Positions 49,940 to 60,489 of a stretch of DNA of 64,000 nt are shown piece after piece (position 1 is the first letter of the stretch; each line of letters begins with the position of its first letter). The translations under genes were made by a program, and so were the position numbers. Under the pieces are notes generated by a model. The model saw only the letters and a program-made list of their open reading frames with translations. It was not told the DNA's origin and did not search any database. This stretch comes from a virus (lineage: Duplodnaviria > Caudoviricetes). The stretch spans positions 734 through 64,733 of IMG/VR virus record IMGVR_UViG_3300027969_000097; one strand, given 5' to 3'.

Positions 49940-51486
49940 TTAACACCTCGAAATTTTCTTATATCTCTGAAATAATTTATAAATTCTTCGTATGAGTAAC
50001 AATCTTGTAAATTATTGGTCCATTGGTCTTGCATATTATAGTATACTTCAGTACCTACATCTTGCAAATTACCGTGCCTAGACATTATCATTTTTAGATC
50101 CATAGCACTAGCACGTTTATCTATTAAATTCAATCCGTTCATGACAAAACTATACAAGGGCCAGCCGGCACTACCGGGATAATTTGAAAAATCGTGGTCT
50201 GAAGGAACTTTACTTTTGCCCATATGTAACAATGTATCGACAAAGTCTGTTCGAGTAACACCACTACTAATCATGCGCCAAAAATCGCTATCGTTTCTAC
50301 CACCTTGATAGTGCAATACTAGGAAATCTTTAATATCATCGTACATTATACGTGTACGATGGTTGTATACCCTACGGGATCCTTCATTCATTGTTTCGAT
50401 TAGGTCTTCTTTTAAGTATTCAGCCGCAAAGTTATGAGCTTGTACTACTGAAGAATGTATACTAGTAGCTTCTAATGGTTCTAAAAATGCACTACTAAGT
50501 CCAATAGCAACACAGTTTTTAACCCACGCTTCCCGTTGTCTACCAGCATCAAATTTAATAGTACGTATAGGTTCTATTGGCTGTCCTAGTATTGTTTCAA
50601 TTTCTTCTTGTGCTTTATCCGTAGTTGTAAATGCATCGCAAAATACATACCCACAACCTTTACGATCCATTAAAGGAATTTGCCACATCCATCCGTTTTT
50701 TTGTGCCCAAGCAGTTGTGTACGATTCAGGAACTTCATTTTCTTTGTATTTTAGTAAAAAAGGCATGCCTGTATTAAGAGGTAAATTTTTCTGATAACTA
50801 ATCCACTGATTGGGCGCCACAGTATTCATTAATACTCGATTAAATCCAGAACAATCGATAAAGAAGTCGCCCTCTATTAACTGGTCATCATCTAATATAA
50901 CGGATTTTACAAATCCATTTTTAGAATTTAAATTAACATGTTTTACAATACTATCTATATAAGATGCATTTGCATTTTTTAAAGTTATTTTTTTAAAATA
51001 TTGACCTGCGAGGTGTGCATCAATATGCATAGCGTGGTCATGATTTATGAATGTTTTAGTAAATTTATTAAAATTAGATTTATTGTTTGCTATACGATGC
51101 CCGCATTCACTAATTTTAATAAAATCTTTAGGTTCTAAATTATGTTGAGCCCAAGATAGTAAAAAATCAGGCACAGATGTTCGTGTATAACTACCGTCTA
51201 TTGGGCCGATATAACCTTGATCAATATTATTAGTCCATCCTTTGTGATGAATGGCATATTTTAAGGTTGCACCTGTTTCTATAATAAACTCGTTTAGATC
51301 ACAACCGTAATTAAATCTGTGATTTGTTAAAATATCAGTTAACCATCCAGTAGTACTTTCTCCAACTCCAATTACTCCAAGTTTTGAAGACTCAATTATA
51401 GTAACAGTATGATTAGGATGTCGTGCAGATATCATCAACGCTGTGACCCAACCTGCTGTTCCACCTCCAACAATAACTACATTCAT
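49936..51486 (-). CDS. flavin-dependent halogenase, tryptophan halogenase family, copy 4 (tandem paralogue of copy 3)
   Basis: IVGGGTAGW, GVGEST, ATLKYAI, GWMWQIP, FLEPLEATSI. Confidence 0.9.
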   Translation of the reverse strand: MNVVIVGGGTAGWVTALMISARHPNHTVTIIESSKLGVIGVGESTTGWLTDILTNHRFNYGCDLNEFIIETGATLKYAIHHKGWTNNIDQGYIGPIDGSYTRTSVPDFLLSWAQHNLEPKDFIKISECGHRIANNKSNFNKFTKTFINHDHAMHIDAHLAGQYFKKITLKNANASYIDSIVKHVNLNSKNGFVKSVILDDDQLIEGDFFIDCSGFNRVLMNTVAPNQWISYQKNLPLNTGMPFLLKYKENEVPESYTTAWAQKNGWMWQIPLMDRKGCGYVFCDAFTTTDKAQEEIETILGQPIEPIRTIKFDAGRQREAWVKNCVAIGLSSAFLEPLEATSIHSSVVQAHNFAAEYLKEDLIETMNEGSRRVYNHRTRIMYDDIKDFLVLHYQGGRNDSDFWRMISSGVTRTDFVDTLLHMGKSKVPSDHDFSNYPGSAGWPLYSFVMNGLNLIDKRASAMDLKMIMSRHGNLQDVGTEVYYNMQDQWTNNLQDCYSYEEFINYFRDIRKFRGVK

Positions 51487-51499
51487 TTAAAATCCTTTA

Positions 51500-52117
51500 T
51501 TAATTATATGTAACAACAAACACAATTCTGCGGGTTTTAGGCGCAGGGTATCTGTGGGCATGCCATTCTTGCTTAAACGATACTGCTGTATTTTGTACAC
51601 ACGGAATACTATAAGTAGTAGAAAAATCGTCAGGCCATATTAACGTTTCACCTGCTTCGCATGTATTCAAATACATAATGAAATTACAGTGCGGCCAATC
51701 GTGGTCCAAATGCGGCTCTGTATGATTAATATCATTATACCAGTTTAAATTTAAATTGGCTCTGTATATTTTAGTATATTTAATATTGTTTGTAGACATG
51801 AATCTATGAAACAATTCAATAAAAAATTCATAATATATACTAAAATCGTCAGGGCCTCTGTCTAAATGACTTTGATCACCGTGCTCTGCTTTCTTTAGTA
51901 ATGTATGACTAAAGAATTGCGAATTATAATGTACTAACTGTGGCCTTAACCAATCAGGAAGATGTTTATTATAAAAAAACTCAGTATCAAATGCTTGCCC
52001 GCTTTTCCAAAACCAAGGAAATTTTGAACCCATTATAACGGTTTCAATAAATTCTTGTTCTTGAGGATATACAACAACCGTACCGTGTGTTATTGCATTT
52101 GTAATATCTTTGCTCAT
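51500..52117 (-). CDS. 2OG-Fe(II) oxygenase (paralogue of 52114)
   Basis: FPWFW, EPHLDHDWPH, FIMYLN, WHAHRYP, RRIVFV. Start ATG 52117 (ATGA overlap). Confidence 0.82.
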   Translation of the reverse strand: MSKDITNAITHGTVVVYPQEQEFIETVIMGSKFPWFWKSGQAFDTEFFYNKHLPDWLRPQLVHYNSQFFSHTLLKKAEHGDQSHLDRGPDDFSIYYEFFIELFHRFMSTNNIKYTKIYRANLNLNWYNDINHTEPHLDHDWPHCNFIMYLNTCEAGETLIWPDDFSTTYSIPCVQNTAVSFKQEWHAHRYPAPKTRRIVFVVTYN

Positions 52118-52737
52118 ACATAAGTTACCACAAATACCAGTCGCTTTGTTCCAGGTGCCGGATACCTGTGTGCATGCCAATGCTGTTTAAAAGTTACAGC
52201 AGTATATTGTATACAGGGTATCATGTAACTAGTTGCAAAATCTTCAGGCCATACTATAGTTTGTCCATCTTCGCAGTCTGTTAGATACATGATAAAATTA
52301 CTGTGCGGCCAATCATGGTCTAAATGCGGAGCAGTATGCCAATCTCCGTTATACCATGTTAAATTTAAATTAGCTCTAAATATATTTGTATATTTTATAT
52401 TGTTTTCAACAGTAAATCTATGGAATATCTCAAGGAAAAACTCCCAGTACTGACTAATTTCGTTACTTGGACGCTCTGTATGTTTTACATTTTCAATTTC
52501 TGTACGATGCAATAATGTATGACTTAAAAATGCACCATTGTAAAAGTCTATATGTTCACGTAACGCTGTAGGAAAATTACTTTTAACTGTTTCTTTGTCA
52601 TCGGTAGTTTGTCGATCTTGCCAAAACCATGGAAAATAAGGTCCCAAGAATAAACTGTTAACAACATCACGTTCGGCAGGATACACAGTAACCGGCGCAT
52701 GTGTTACAACTGAATTTACCAGCAAATCTCCAATCAT
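52114..52737 (-). CDS. 2OG-Fe(II) oxygenase
   Basis: FPWFW, APHLDHDWPH, FIMYLT, WHAHRYP, KRLVFV. GAGGA RBS. Confidence 0.82.
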   Translation of the reverse strand: MIGDLLVNSVVTHAPVTVYPAERDVVNSLFLGPYFPWFWQDRQTTDDKETVKSNFPTALREHIDFYNGAFLSHTLLHRTEIENVKHTERPSNEISQYWEFFLEIFHRFTVENNIKYTNIFRANLNLTWYNGDWHTAPHLDHDWPHSNFIMYLTDCEDGQTIVWPEDFATSYMIPCIQYTAVTFKQHWHAHRYPAPGTKRLVFVVTYV

Positions 52738-52757
52738 TTAAACATCCTCTTGTAGGA

Positions 52758-52765
52758 TATTTAAC
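52758..52765 (-). promoter_or_regulatory. late-like promoter GTTAAATA for the leftward halogenase/oxygenase operon
   Basis: In the divergent intergenic gap, upstream of the GAGGA RBS. Confidence 0.5.
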
Positions 52766-52830
52766 CTATAAAATTTTAAGATTGTACAGACTTGATATAG
52801 CCAAATTTTAAATATATTGCTGGAAACAAA

Positions 52831-52838
52831 GATAAGTA
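52831..52838 (+). promoter_or_regulatory. late-like promoter GATAAGTA for the rightward oxygenase operon
   Basis: Upstream of GGAG RBS and ATG 52864. Confidence 0.45.
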
Positions 52839-52863
52839 CAAAAACTAATCAACGGAGTATTTC

Positions 52864-53475
52864 ATGACATCTACTACAACCCAGGGCAATTTTACCGATG
52901 CGGCCACTGAAGGCCCAAGCAAACTAGCTTCTTTAGAAATTGTATCAATTAATAAATCTGAACTTTTTACTAAAGAAGAATGCGAAACTATAATGAGTAA
53001 TTGCATAGATGAACTATGGTTGCCGGCAACTGTAGTTGGTAACACAGACGGCAGTTTCCACCGTTCCCGCCGACAAAAATTAAGAGGAGATATTGCAGGA
53101 TTTCCTTTTTTAAACATTCGAGATATAACAAAACTAGCAAATAACGAAGTTTATGATTTTAAATTGCTTGGTATAATTGATCAAGATTTCCCACAAATTT
53201 TTAGTTATGGTGAAAATGATTTTTATAAAATGCATATGGAATTAAATTCAATGTCATCTTCAAGAAAGCTAAGTTTTATTATCAATTTATCAGACCCAGA
53301 TTCTTACGAAGGCGGTGATATTGAGTTTTTAAATATTGCCGCAGACCCTGCACTTCTTAAAGAACAGGGATCTTGTTTAGTTTTCCCATCATATCTAGCA
53401 TATGGTATTGCTCCTGTGACTAAGGGCATTAAAAAAGTTATTGTTGGACATGTCCACGGTGCTGTGTTTAAATGA
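52864..53475 (+). CDS. prolyl-4-hydroxylase-like 2OG-Fe(II) oxygenase with degenerate metal triad
   Basis: RKLSFIINLS..YEGGD..FPS fold motifs, but HME in place of HxD and LAYG in place of the distal His. Confidence 0.75.
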   Translation: MTSTTTQGNFTDAATEGPSKLASLEIVSINKSELFTKEECETIMSNCIDELWLPATVVGNTDGSFHRSRRQKLRGDIAGFPFLNIRDITKLANNEVYDFKLLGIIDQDFPQIFSYGENDFYKMHMELNSMSSSRKLSFIINLSDPDSYEGGDIEFLNIAADPALLKEQGSCLVFPSYLAYGIAPVTKGIKKVIVGHVHGAVFK

Positions 53476-54260
53476 TTTTAAAATATAGTTACTGGTATTT
53501 TTTGTCGGCGTTACCGCCACATGTTTGTGATCAAATTATGGAAATGGGTTTAGAATCCATGCACGAACAAAAACTAAAATATGGTGAAGAAGCACTAGTT
53601 GGAACAGTGGGCGGTTGGCTTCAAAAAGGCCAGAACAACGATGCAATACCAAGTAATCATGAAACTAGGGAACAACTAGCAGAAAAAGGAATAGATCTTA
53701 ATCAAACGTATGTTCGAGATTCTAATGTAACATTTTTAAGTAATCCTTCTTTGTACGAGTTAGTATGGCCTTACATACGTGAAGCTAATAAAAAAGCAAA
53801 TTGGAATTTTGATTGGGATTATACTGAAGATTTTCAATTTACAAAATATGGTATCAATCAGTTTTATGGTTGGCATGCTGATTCTAGTGATTCTCCTTAC
53901 GAAGAATTCAATCCAGAAGTTCATAGCTCTCATAAAAATCCAGACGGTACTACAATGACAAGTCAGCTTGGAGATCCAGTGCCCGAAGATCATAATAAAA
54001 CTCTTAATAAAAATATGATTGGCAAAATAAGAAAACTTAGTGTTACTATTAGCCTAAATGATCCAGCAGAGTATGATGGCGGGAATTTACAATTCGATTT
54101 AGGGCCGCACCGCCCAGATAGATTTCATACTGTCACAGAAATACGTCCTCGAGGGTCAGTTATTGTATTTCCATCACATATTCAGCATCAAGTAACACCG
54201 GTTACAAGAGGGACACGCTATAGTTTAGTATGTTGGAATTTAGGACCCTCATGGAAATGA
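53472..54260 (+). CDS. prolyl-4-hydroxylase-like 2OG-Fe(II) oxygenase
   Basis: YGWHAD, RKLSVTISL, YDGG, FPSHIQHQVTPVTRGTRYSLV.W. Confidence 0.9.
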   Translation: MILKYSYWYFLSALPPHVCDQIMEMGLESMHEQKLKYGEEALVGTVGGWLQKGQNNDAIPSNHETREQLAEKGIDLNQTYVRDSNVTFLSNPSLYELVWPYIREANKKANWNFDWDYTEDFQFTKYGINQFYGWHADSSDSPYEEFNPEVHSSHKNPDGTTMTSQLGDPVPEDHNKTLNKNMIGKIRKLSVTISLNDPAEYDGGNLQFDLGPHRPDRFHTVTEIRPRGSVIVFPSHIQHQVTPVTRGTRYSLVCWNLGPSWK

Positions 54261-54865
54261 CCAATAACACATTTAATCAAAACAAATACATTGCAGTGAC
54301 AGGGTTAATACCTGTTGATTTATGTAGAATTGTTACCAAATATGCTTTATTAAAAGAAGCTACTGAATTTAATCCTGAAGGGCCAGGAACACAAGTAGAA
54401 AAAGCACACTCTGTATATGGTGATACTTTAATGGAAACGTTAATGTTTTTTTTACATCCGCATATGGAACAGCAAACTGGTAAAAAACTATGTCCTACGT
54501 ATACATACTATCGTGTATATCGTCCAGGAGACAAGTTAGATGTGCATAGAGATCGAGAAAGTTGTGAAATAAGCACTACTGTTTGTTTTGGCTTTCATTA
54601 TACTCTAAAAGATGCAGATTGGCGCTGGGGTATGTATGTTGAACCTGGTAATTTAATTACGCAAAATCCGGGTGATGCTATTATATATAAAGGATGTGAT
54701 TTAGATCATTGGCGCGACATCTTTGACGCAGGCCCAGATAGCTATCAAATCCAAGCATTTTTTCATTATATTGATGTCGAAGGCCCCCATTATCCTGAAT
54801 ATGCGTACGATAAAAGAGGTGGGATAGGCATACGCAACGATGTCACAAAACGCATAAATAACTGA
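54257..54865 (+). CDS. 2OG-Fe(II) oxygenase-fold protein
   Basis: PTYTYYRVY, HRDRESCEISTT, GDAIIYKGC..DHWR, QAFFHY. Confidence 0.85.
   Translation: MTNNTFNQNKYIAVTGLIPVDLCRIVTKYALLKEATEFNPEGPGTQVEKAHSVYGDTLMETLMFFLHPHMEQQTGKKLCPTYTYYRVYRPGDKLDVHRDRESCEISTTVCFGFHYTLKDADWRWGMYVEPGNLITQNPGDAIIYKGCDLDHWRDIFDAGPDSYQIQAFFHYIDVEGPHYPEYAYDKRGGIGIRNDVTKRINN
54853..54860 (+). promoter_or_regulatory. late promoter CATAAATA for the tail-fibre assembly gene
   Basis: Upstream of AGGAG RBS and ATG 54891. Confidence 0.5.
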
Positions 54866-54890
54866 TAAACAGTGTGACCAGGAGATACAG

Positions 54891-55346
54891 ATGTCAAAAA
54901 TATTTACAGTAGATGATATACACGAAATTACATTAATCAGAGAGATGATGGGCGTTGAAGCCGTTTGGTGTACTATTCTATTTAAAGGATGCACTAATCC
55001 AGTGAAATTCTATGCAACTCCGCATAAGGGCGATGAAATTCACCTTGGAGATGACTTTCAAGCAGAAATGTATACTAGATTAAAAGCAGGCGAGTTTGGC
55101 GAAATTAGTGAAGGAATTGGAGATATATATGTTACTATACCCCCAAGTTTAAAAACTCTCGAAGAAACAGCCCTTGCTCAACGTAACCAGCTATTATTAG
55201 ATTCTGATTGGACTGACACTAATTCAGGCCAGGCAAGACTTAGTGATTCTGCTAAAACAGCATGGGCAACATATAGACAAGCACTACGCGATATTACTAG
55301 TTCACAAACATGGCCTACAGACCCAACATGGCCTACTAAACCTTAA
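54891..55346 (+). CDS. tail fibre assembly chaperone (Tfa / phage tail assembly chaperone-like)
   Basis: RNQLLLDSDWT...WATYRQALRDI...WPTKP C-terminal motif. Confidence 0.85.
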   Translation: MSKIFTVDDIHEITLIREMMGVEAVWCTILFKGCTNPVKFYATPHKGDEIHLGDDFQAEMYTRLKAGEFGEISEGIGDIYVTIPPSLKTLEETALAQRNQLLLDSDWTDTNSGQARLSDSAKTAWATYRQALRDITSSQTWPTDPTWPTKP

Positions 55347-55358
55347 TAGTTTTTAGCC

Positions 55359-55391
55359 AACAAAAAAGGCGCATCATGCGCCTTTTTGTTT
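55359..55391. terminator. bidirectional Rho-independent terminator
   Basis: AACAAAAAAGGCGCA-TCA-TGCGCCTTTTTGTT between convergent tfa and groEL. Confidence 0.9.
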
Positions 55392-55403
55392 GAGTACGTT
55401 AAA

Positions 55404-57074
<1,671 letters not shown>

Positions 57075-57377
57075 TTACATTTCCCCTTCTGTCAATATTG
57101 CTAGCACTTCATTTTCATCAATAATCAAGTATTCCTGATTATCTACTTTTGCAGGGTGTCCGGCATATTTTGGATACAAAACAGTGTCGCCCACCTTAAT
57201 AATCATAGGCAGAATAACTCCGTCGTCATTCATCGTGCCTCCACCAATTGCTAATACAGTTCCTTTAGTTGGCCTTTCTTTCGAGTCGTCGGAGAGTTTA
57301 AGGCCAGACTTGGTCCTGTTGTCGTCTTCAATTTTTTTAATTACTAGACGACCTCTAATAGGTACAATTTTAGTCAT
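57075..57377 (-). CDS. groES: co-chaperonin GroES (Cpn10)
   Basis: PIRGRLVIK, KERPTKGTVLAIG.G, KVGDTVLY.KYAG, YLII.E.EVLAI. Confidence 0.93.
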   Translation of the reverse strand: MTKIVPIRGRLVIKKIEDDNRTKSGLKLSDDSKERPTKGTVLAIGGGTMNDDGVILPMIIKVGDTVLYPKYAGHPAKVDNQEYLIIDENEVLAILTEGEM

Positions 57378-57449
57378 AATTTTTCTCCTGAATAATAGAC
57401 TGTGCTTTAATTTATCATTTAACTTACAGTAAAACCTTAAATTTTGGCG

Positions 57450-57899
57450 TTAAATTAAATCTATAATATCAAATACAGTTTGGAGTTTGGTGCGGATTGC
57501 ACGGTTTGTAAAGCTAGTACGTAGACCTTGATGTAAAGGTTTAGGAGCATTATCCATTGCAGACCATGCCCAACCATTATGCTCTGGACTTAAAATTGGA
57601 ACAAATTCGTTCTCAACTACGCACAAGTATGTGTGAAAATGAAATACAAAGTCATTACTAACAAATGTTTCTAAGGGAAGTGTTTTTTTAATATCAGGAA
57701 TTGCGCCAATTTCTTCAGCAATTTCTCTCTGTAAACCTTGCCATGGGTTTTCACCTTCTACAGTAGTACCGCCGACAAGCCCCCAAGTACCAGCATGTTT
57801 GCCTGTGGCTTTTTGTAATAGTAAAAATCTGTGAGTATTTCTGGCGTAAATTAATGCGCCACTACAAACAATTCTATCTCTTACAGTACCAGTCTCCAT
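57450..57899 (-). CDS. NUDIX hydrolase
   Basis: Nudix box GGTTVEGENPWQGLQREIAEEIG. Confidence 0.9.
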   Translation of the reverse strand: METGTVRDRIVCSGALIYARNTHRFLLLQKATGKHAGTWGLVGGTTVEGENPWQGLQREIAEEIGAIPDIKKTLPLETFVSNDFVFHFHTYLCVVENEFVPILSPEHNGWAWSAMDNAPKPLHQGLRTSFTNRAIRTKLQTVFDIIDLI

Positions 57900-59302
57900 G
57901 CACCTGCCCTATATTCACCTTCAAAGCTCTTAACCCATGAAACTCCGTTCCATTTGTATTGAACTCCTGTGTATATATTCGTTTGATAGATTAGGTTATC
58001 TTCGTTCTGAGCCGCAGAAAATATAACGGCCCATGCTGTTCCATCGTATTCTATAATATCATTTGCCTTGGCAATTAATGTGCCCCAAGCTACGGAATTG
58101 TTTGTATCTGTATTTGTTTGTGCATCGCCTATATCATCTATTAACAAGTAACGTCTGCCGGCTACAGGTGTATTATCGACCGGATTAAATGTTAATGGAT
58201 TGATAATTGCATCAAATGTTCCAGGGCTTACACGATTTACACTAGCAATCGTAGTATTACTAGGGTAAGTATCAGCGTTCCATGTTACAGTTAACAATGT
58301 TGTATCAAGGGCATTAACTGTAAATGTGCCAGACACTTCATAACCAGTTGGTTGTATTAGGTAAATGTGGCCTGCACCTGCGATATATTTTCCAGGATAC
58401 TGGTCTAACAACCCAAACCAGTCAACTGGCGTGCCTTGCTTAGTTGGAATATCCAGTTGATCATTATCAGCAGTTGAATTTTCTCCAGGATTTAGTAATT
58501 GTATTTGGCCATTGATAGCTAAAATACCAAATCCGCCAGCAATAGTGGTAGATTGTGTGCTTAATATCGATCCTAGGCTTGGTCCATTACTAGTATTGTC
58601 TACTCCTAGTCCGTCAATATATCCATAATTTTCTGTACCAATACCATCGTATATACTAGTGATAATATTTGTAATAACTCCAAGTTTTTTAACTTTAACA
58701 GGCGGACTAATCCATATAGGACTTTCTAATGTTAAAGTTGCTATGTCAATAGGACTATCATTACCAACAGGAACACTTCGGCTAGACCATGTTAAGTCGG
58801 TTAAATCTAAAAGACTTAAACTAGTCCAATCGATATAGTTGTCCGTTGATTGTATTTCTAAACTTGGGTTGAACAAAACCAATATTTGTTCCATTATTTG
58901 CAATTTTTGTTCAGTACTGCTGGCCCAAATATCAACTTTAACTGTTAACTTAAATGGAGTTGGCATTAAACGTTCCACTGTATAGTTTCTACCTTGTGCA
59001 GAAGTATAATCGCCGCCAACAACGTCTCTTTCTCTAAAATGCATTTTACCTACATAGCTAGGATCACCTAATCGACTACGATCTAATTGTAAACCGGTAA
59101 TATGTACAGCAATACGTGGCACTGATTGCACCACATTCTCACTATTTTGTCTCATAACAACTGCGGCTTGTCTATCAGGATCTCCATACATTACTGGAAT
59201 TTGATGTAACGTATTGTCGCCATATTTGACAGTAAAATTACTGAATACGCGAATGATTTGTACTAGATATCTGCGTATCTGTTTGTCATAAAAAAATTGC
59301 AT
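57881..59302 (-). CDS. gp15: tail sheath stabiliser/completion protein (T4 gp15-like) with C-terminal extension
   Basis: FFYDKQIRRY, IPVMYG, VPRIAV, PTPFKL, QIMEQILVLFNP. Confidence 0.8.
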   Translation of the reverse strand: MQFFYDKQIRRYLVQIIRVFSNFTVKYGDNTLHQIPVMYGDPDRQAAVVMRQNSENVVQSVPRIAVHITGLQLDRSRLGDPSYVGKMHFRERDVVGGDYTSAQGRNYTVERLMPTPFKLTVKVDIWASSTEQKLQIMEQILVLFNPSLEIQSTDNYIDWTSLSLLDLTDLTWSSRSVPVGNDSPIDIATLTLESPIWISPPVKVKKLGVITNIITSIYDGIGTENYGYIDGLGVDNTSNGPSLGSILSTQSTTIAGGFGILAINGQIQLLNPGENSTADNDQLDIPTKQGTPVDWFGLLDQYPGKYIAGAGHIYLIQPTGYEVSGTFTVNALDTTLLTVTWNADTYPSNTTIASVNRVSPGTFDAIINPLTFNPVDNTPVAGRRYLLIDDIGDAQTNTDTNNSVAWGTLIAKANDIIEYDGTAWAVIFSAAQNEDNLIYQTNIYTGVQYKWNGVSWVKSFEGEYRAGAWRLVL

Positions 59303-60447
59303 TATAAGTCTGCCCTAGGTTTAAGTGCCTCACTAAGGCTCGAACGTTCTGGGAATGTTTCGCCAGCAACCGTAGTAGTATTTGTATTATTAATGAAACT
59401 AGTTTTAAGTGTATTACGAGAATCTGTATTTGTTATAGTTTGTCGAACAGCATCTTCAACTTTAACCCAACGTGCTCCATCAAAGCGGAATAGTCTGTTA
59501 GGCATAAAATCTGTCCTTAAATAAAAATCATCTTGTGCGGCACTATCTGGAAATTGTATACCCGAACCAAAACTCGACCCGTTAGTTGGTACTCCGTCAC
59601 CTAGTAAGTAACCAGTATATCCAGGACGTACAGGGACTGCCGCAATAGCATCAGCAGTTACCGTATCAATACTGCCATCTTCATTGGTAATATCAGCAGT
59701 TTGATTAATAACACTTCTTCCAGTTAACGGATCAACAGCTAATGTAAAAAATTGTCTAGTTTCATATCCGCTCAGTGGAGTGTAAGCTTCTGCTTCGTCT
59801 AATATGCCTTGATTAATTTGCAAATCTTTAGCACGGGTACTAAGAAGATCTTGTAGTGTAGTTGAACTACCTTCGCTAATAGGTTGTGCAAAGATATCTT
59901 TATATTGCTGACTGTCAATAATCTTTTTAATTTTTAATCTGTATAGATGCGGATACCAAGTGGCACTAAATCCTTCGCTAGCACGACCTACATCCTCAAT
60001 AACATAATATCTAGGCAAGCTAACATCGTAATCATTAAATGCAAATTCGTCACGTAAGTGCGGCAGTTCAACAACATCACCGCTCATAGGTTTACGACCA
60101 ATATATTTGATAAAATCGTTAATATGCACTGTCATGTATAGTGTGTCATTATCAATAAACAAGCCAAATTGACTTAGATTAAAGTCTACGTTTTGGACAT
60201 TATAAATTCCGCGAAGTTTATATACACTAGAATCGTATTTTCTATCACGATTTTCTAATAATAATAAATCTTGAATTTGTGTATGATCTTTAGTTATTGT
60301 ATTTCCATTAGAATCGATGGCTTCAGTACCAATATACTTGTGTAAGTATACATCTGTACCGCCAACTTGAAACATCTCAGAAATCTGACGATCAATGAAC
60401 TTGTAATCTTGCCCACGTTCGGGTTTATATAGGGATAGTCTTGGCAT
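59302..60447 (-). CDS. gp14: neck protein (T4 gp14-like)
   Basis: GGTDVYLHKY, DLLLLENRDRKY, LSQFGLF, GDVVELPH. Adjacent to gp15 and gp13. Confidence 0.7.
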   Translation of the reverse strand: MPRLSLYKPERGQDYKFIDRQISEMFQVGGTDVYLHKYIGTEAIDSNGNTITKDHTQIQDLLLLENRDRKYDSSVYKLRGIYNVQNVDFNLSQFGLFIDNDTLYMTVHINDFIKYIGRKPMSGDVVELPHLRDEFAFNDYDVSLPRYYVIEDVGRASEGFSATWYPHLYRLKIKKIIDSQQYKDIFAQPISEGSSTTLQDLLSTRAKDLQINQGILDEAEAYTPLSGYETRQFFTLAVDPLTGRSVINQTADITNEDGSIDTVTADAIAAVPVRPGYTGYLLGDGVPTNGSSFGSGIQFPDSAAQDDFYLRTDFMPNRLFRFDGARWVKVEDAVRQTITNTDSRNTLKTSFINNTNTTTVAGETFPERSSLSEALKPRADL

Positions 60448-60451
60448 ATGA

Positions 60452-60471
60452 TATTTATCGCCAGCTAAATA
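60452..60471. promoter_or_regulatory. back-to-back late promoters: GATAAATA (minus, 60452-60459) and GCTAAATA (plus, 60464-60471)
   Basis: The minus copy is 4 nt from the gp14 ATG (leaderless). The plus copy precedes GGAG RBS and ATG 60490. Confidence 0.6.
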
Positions 60472-60489
60472 TGTGTGGAGAATCCAATT

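Noticed and set aside
41550-54865. Pyrrolnitrin-type or other small-molecule biosynthetic cluster
   Set aside because: No prnB/C/D-like, NRPS/PKS, transporter or flavin reductase genes are visible. Small-molecule activity cannot be excluded but is unsupported here.
57409-57416. GATAAATT (minus) as a groES late promoter
   Set aside because: Mismatch at the conserved last A in an AT-rich gap, too weak to call.
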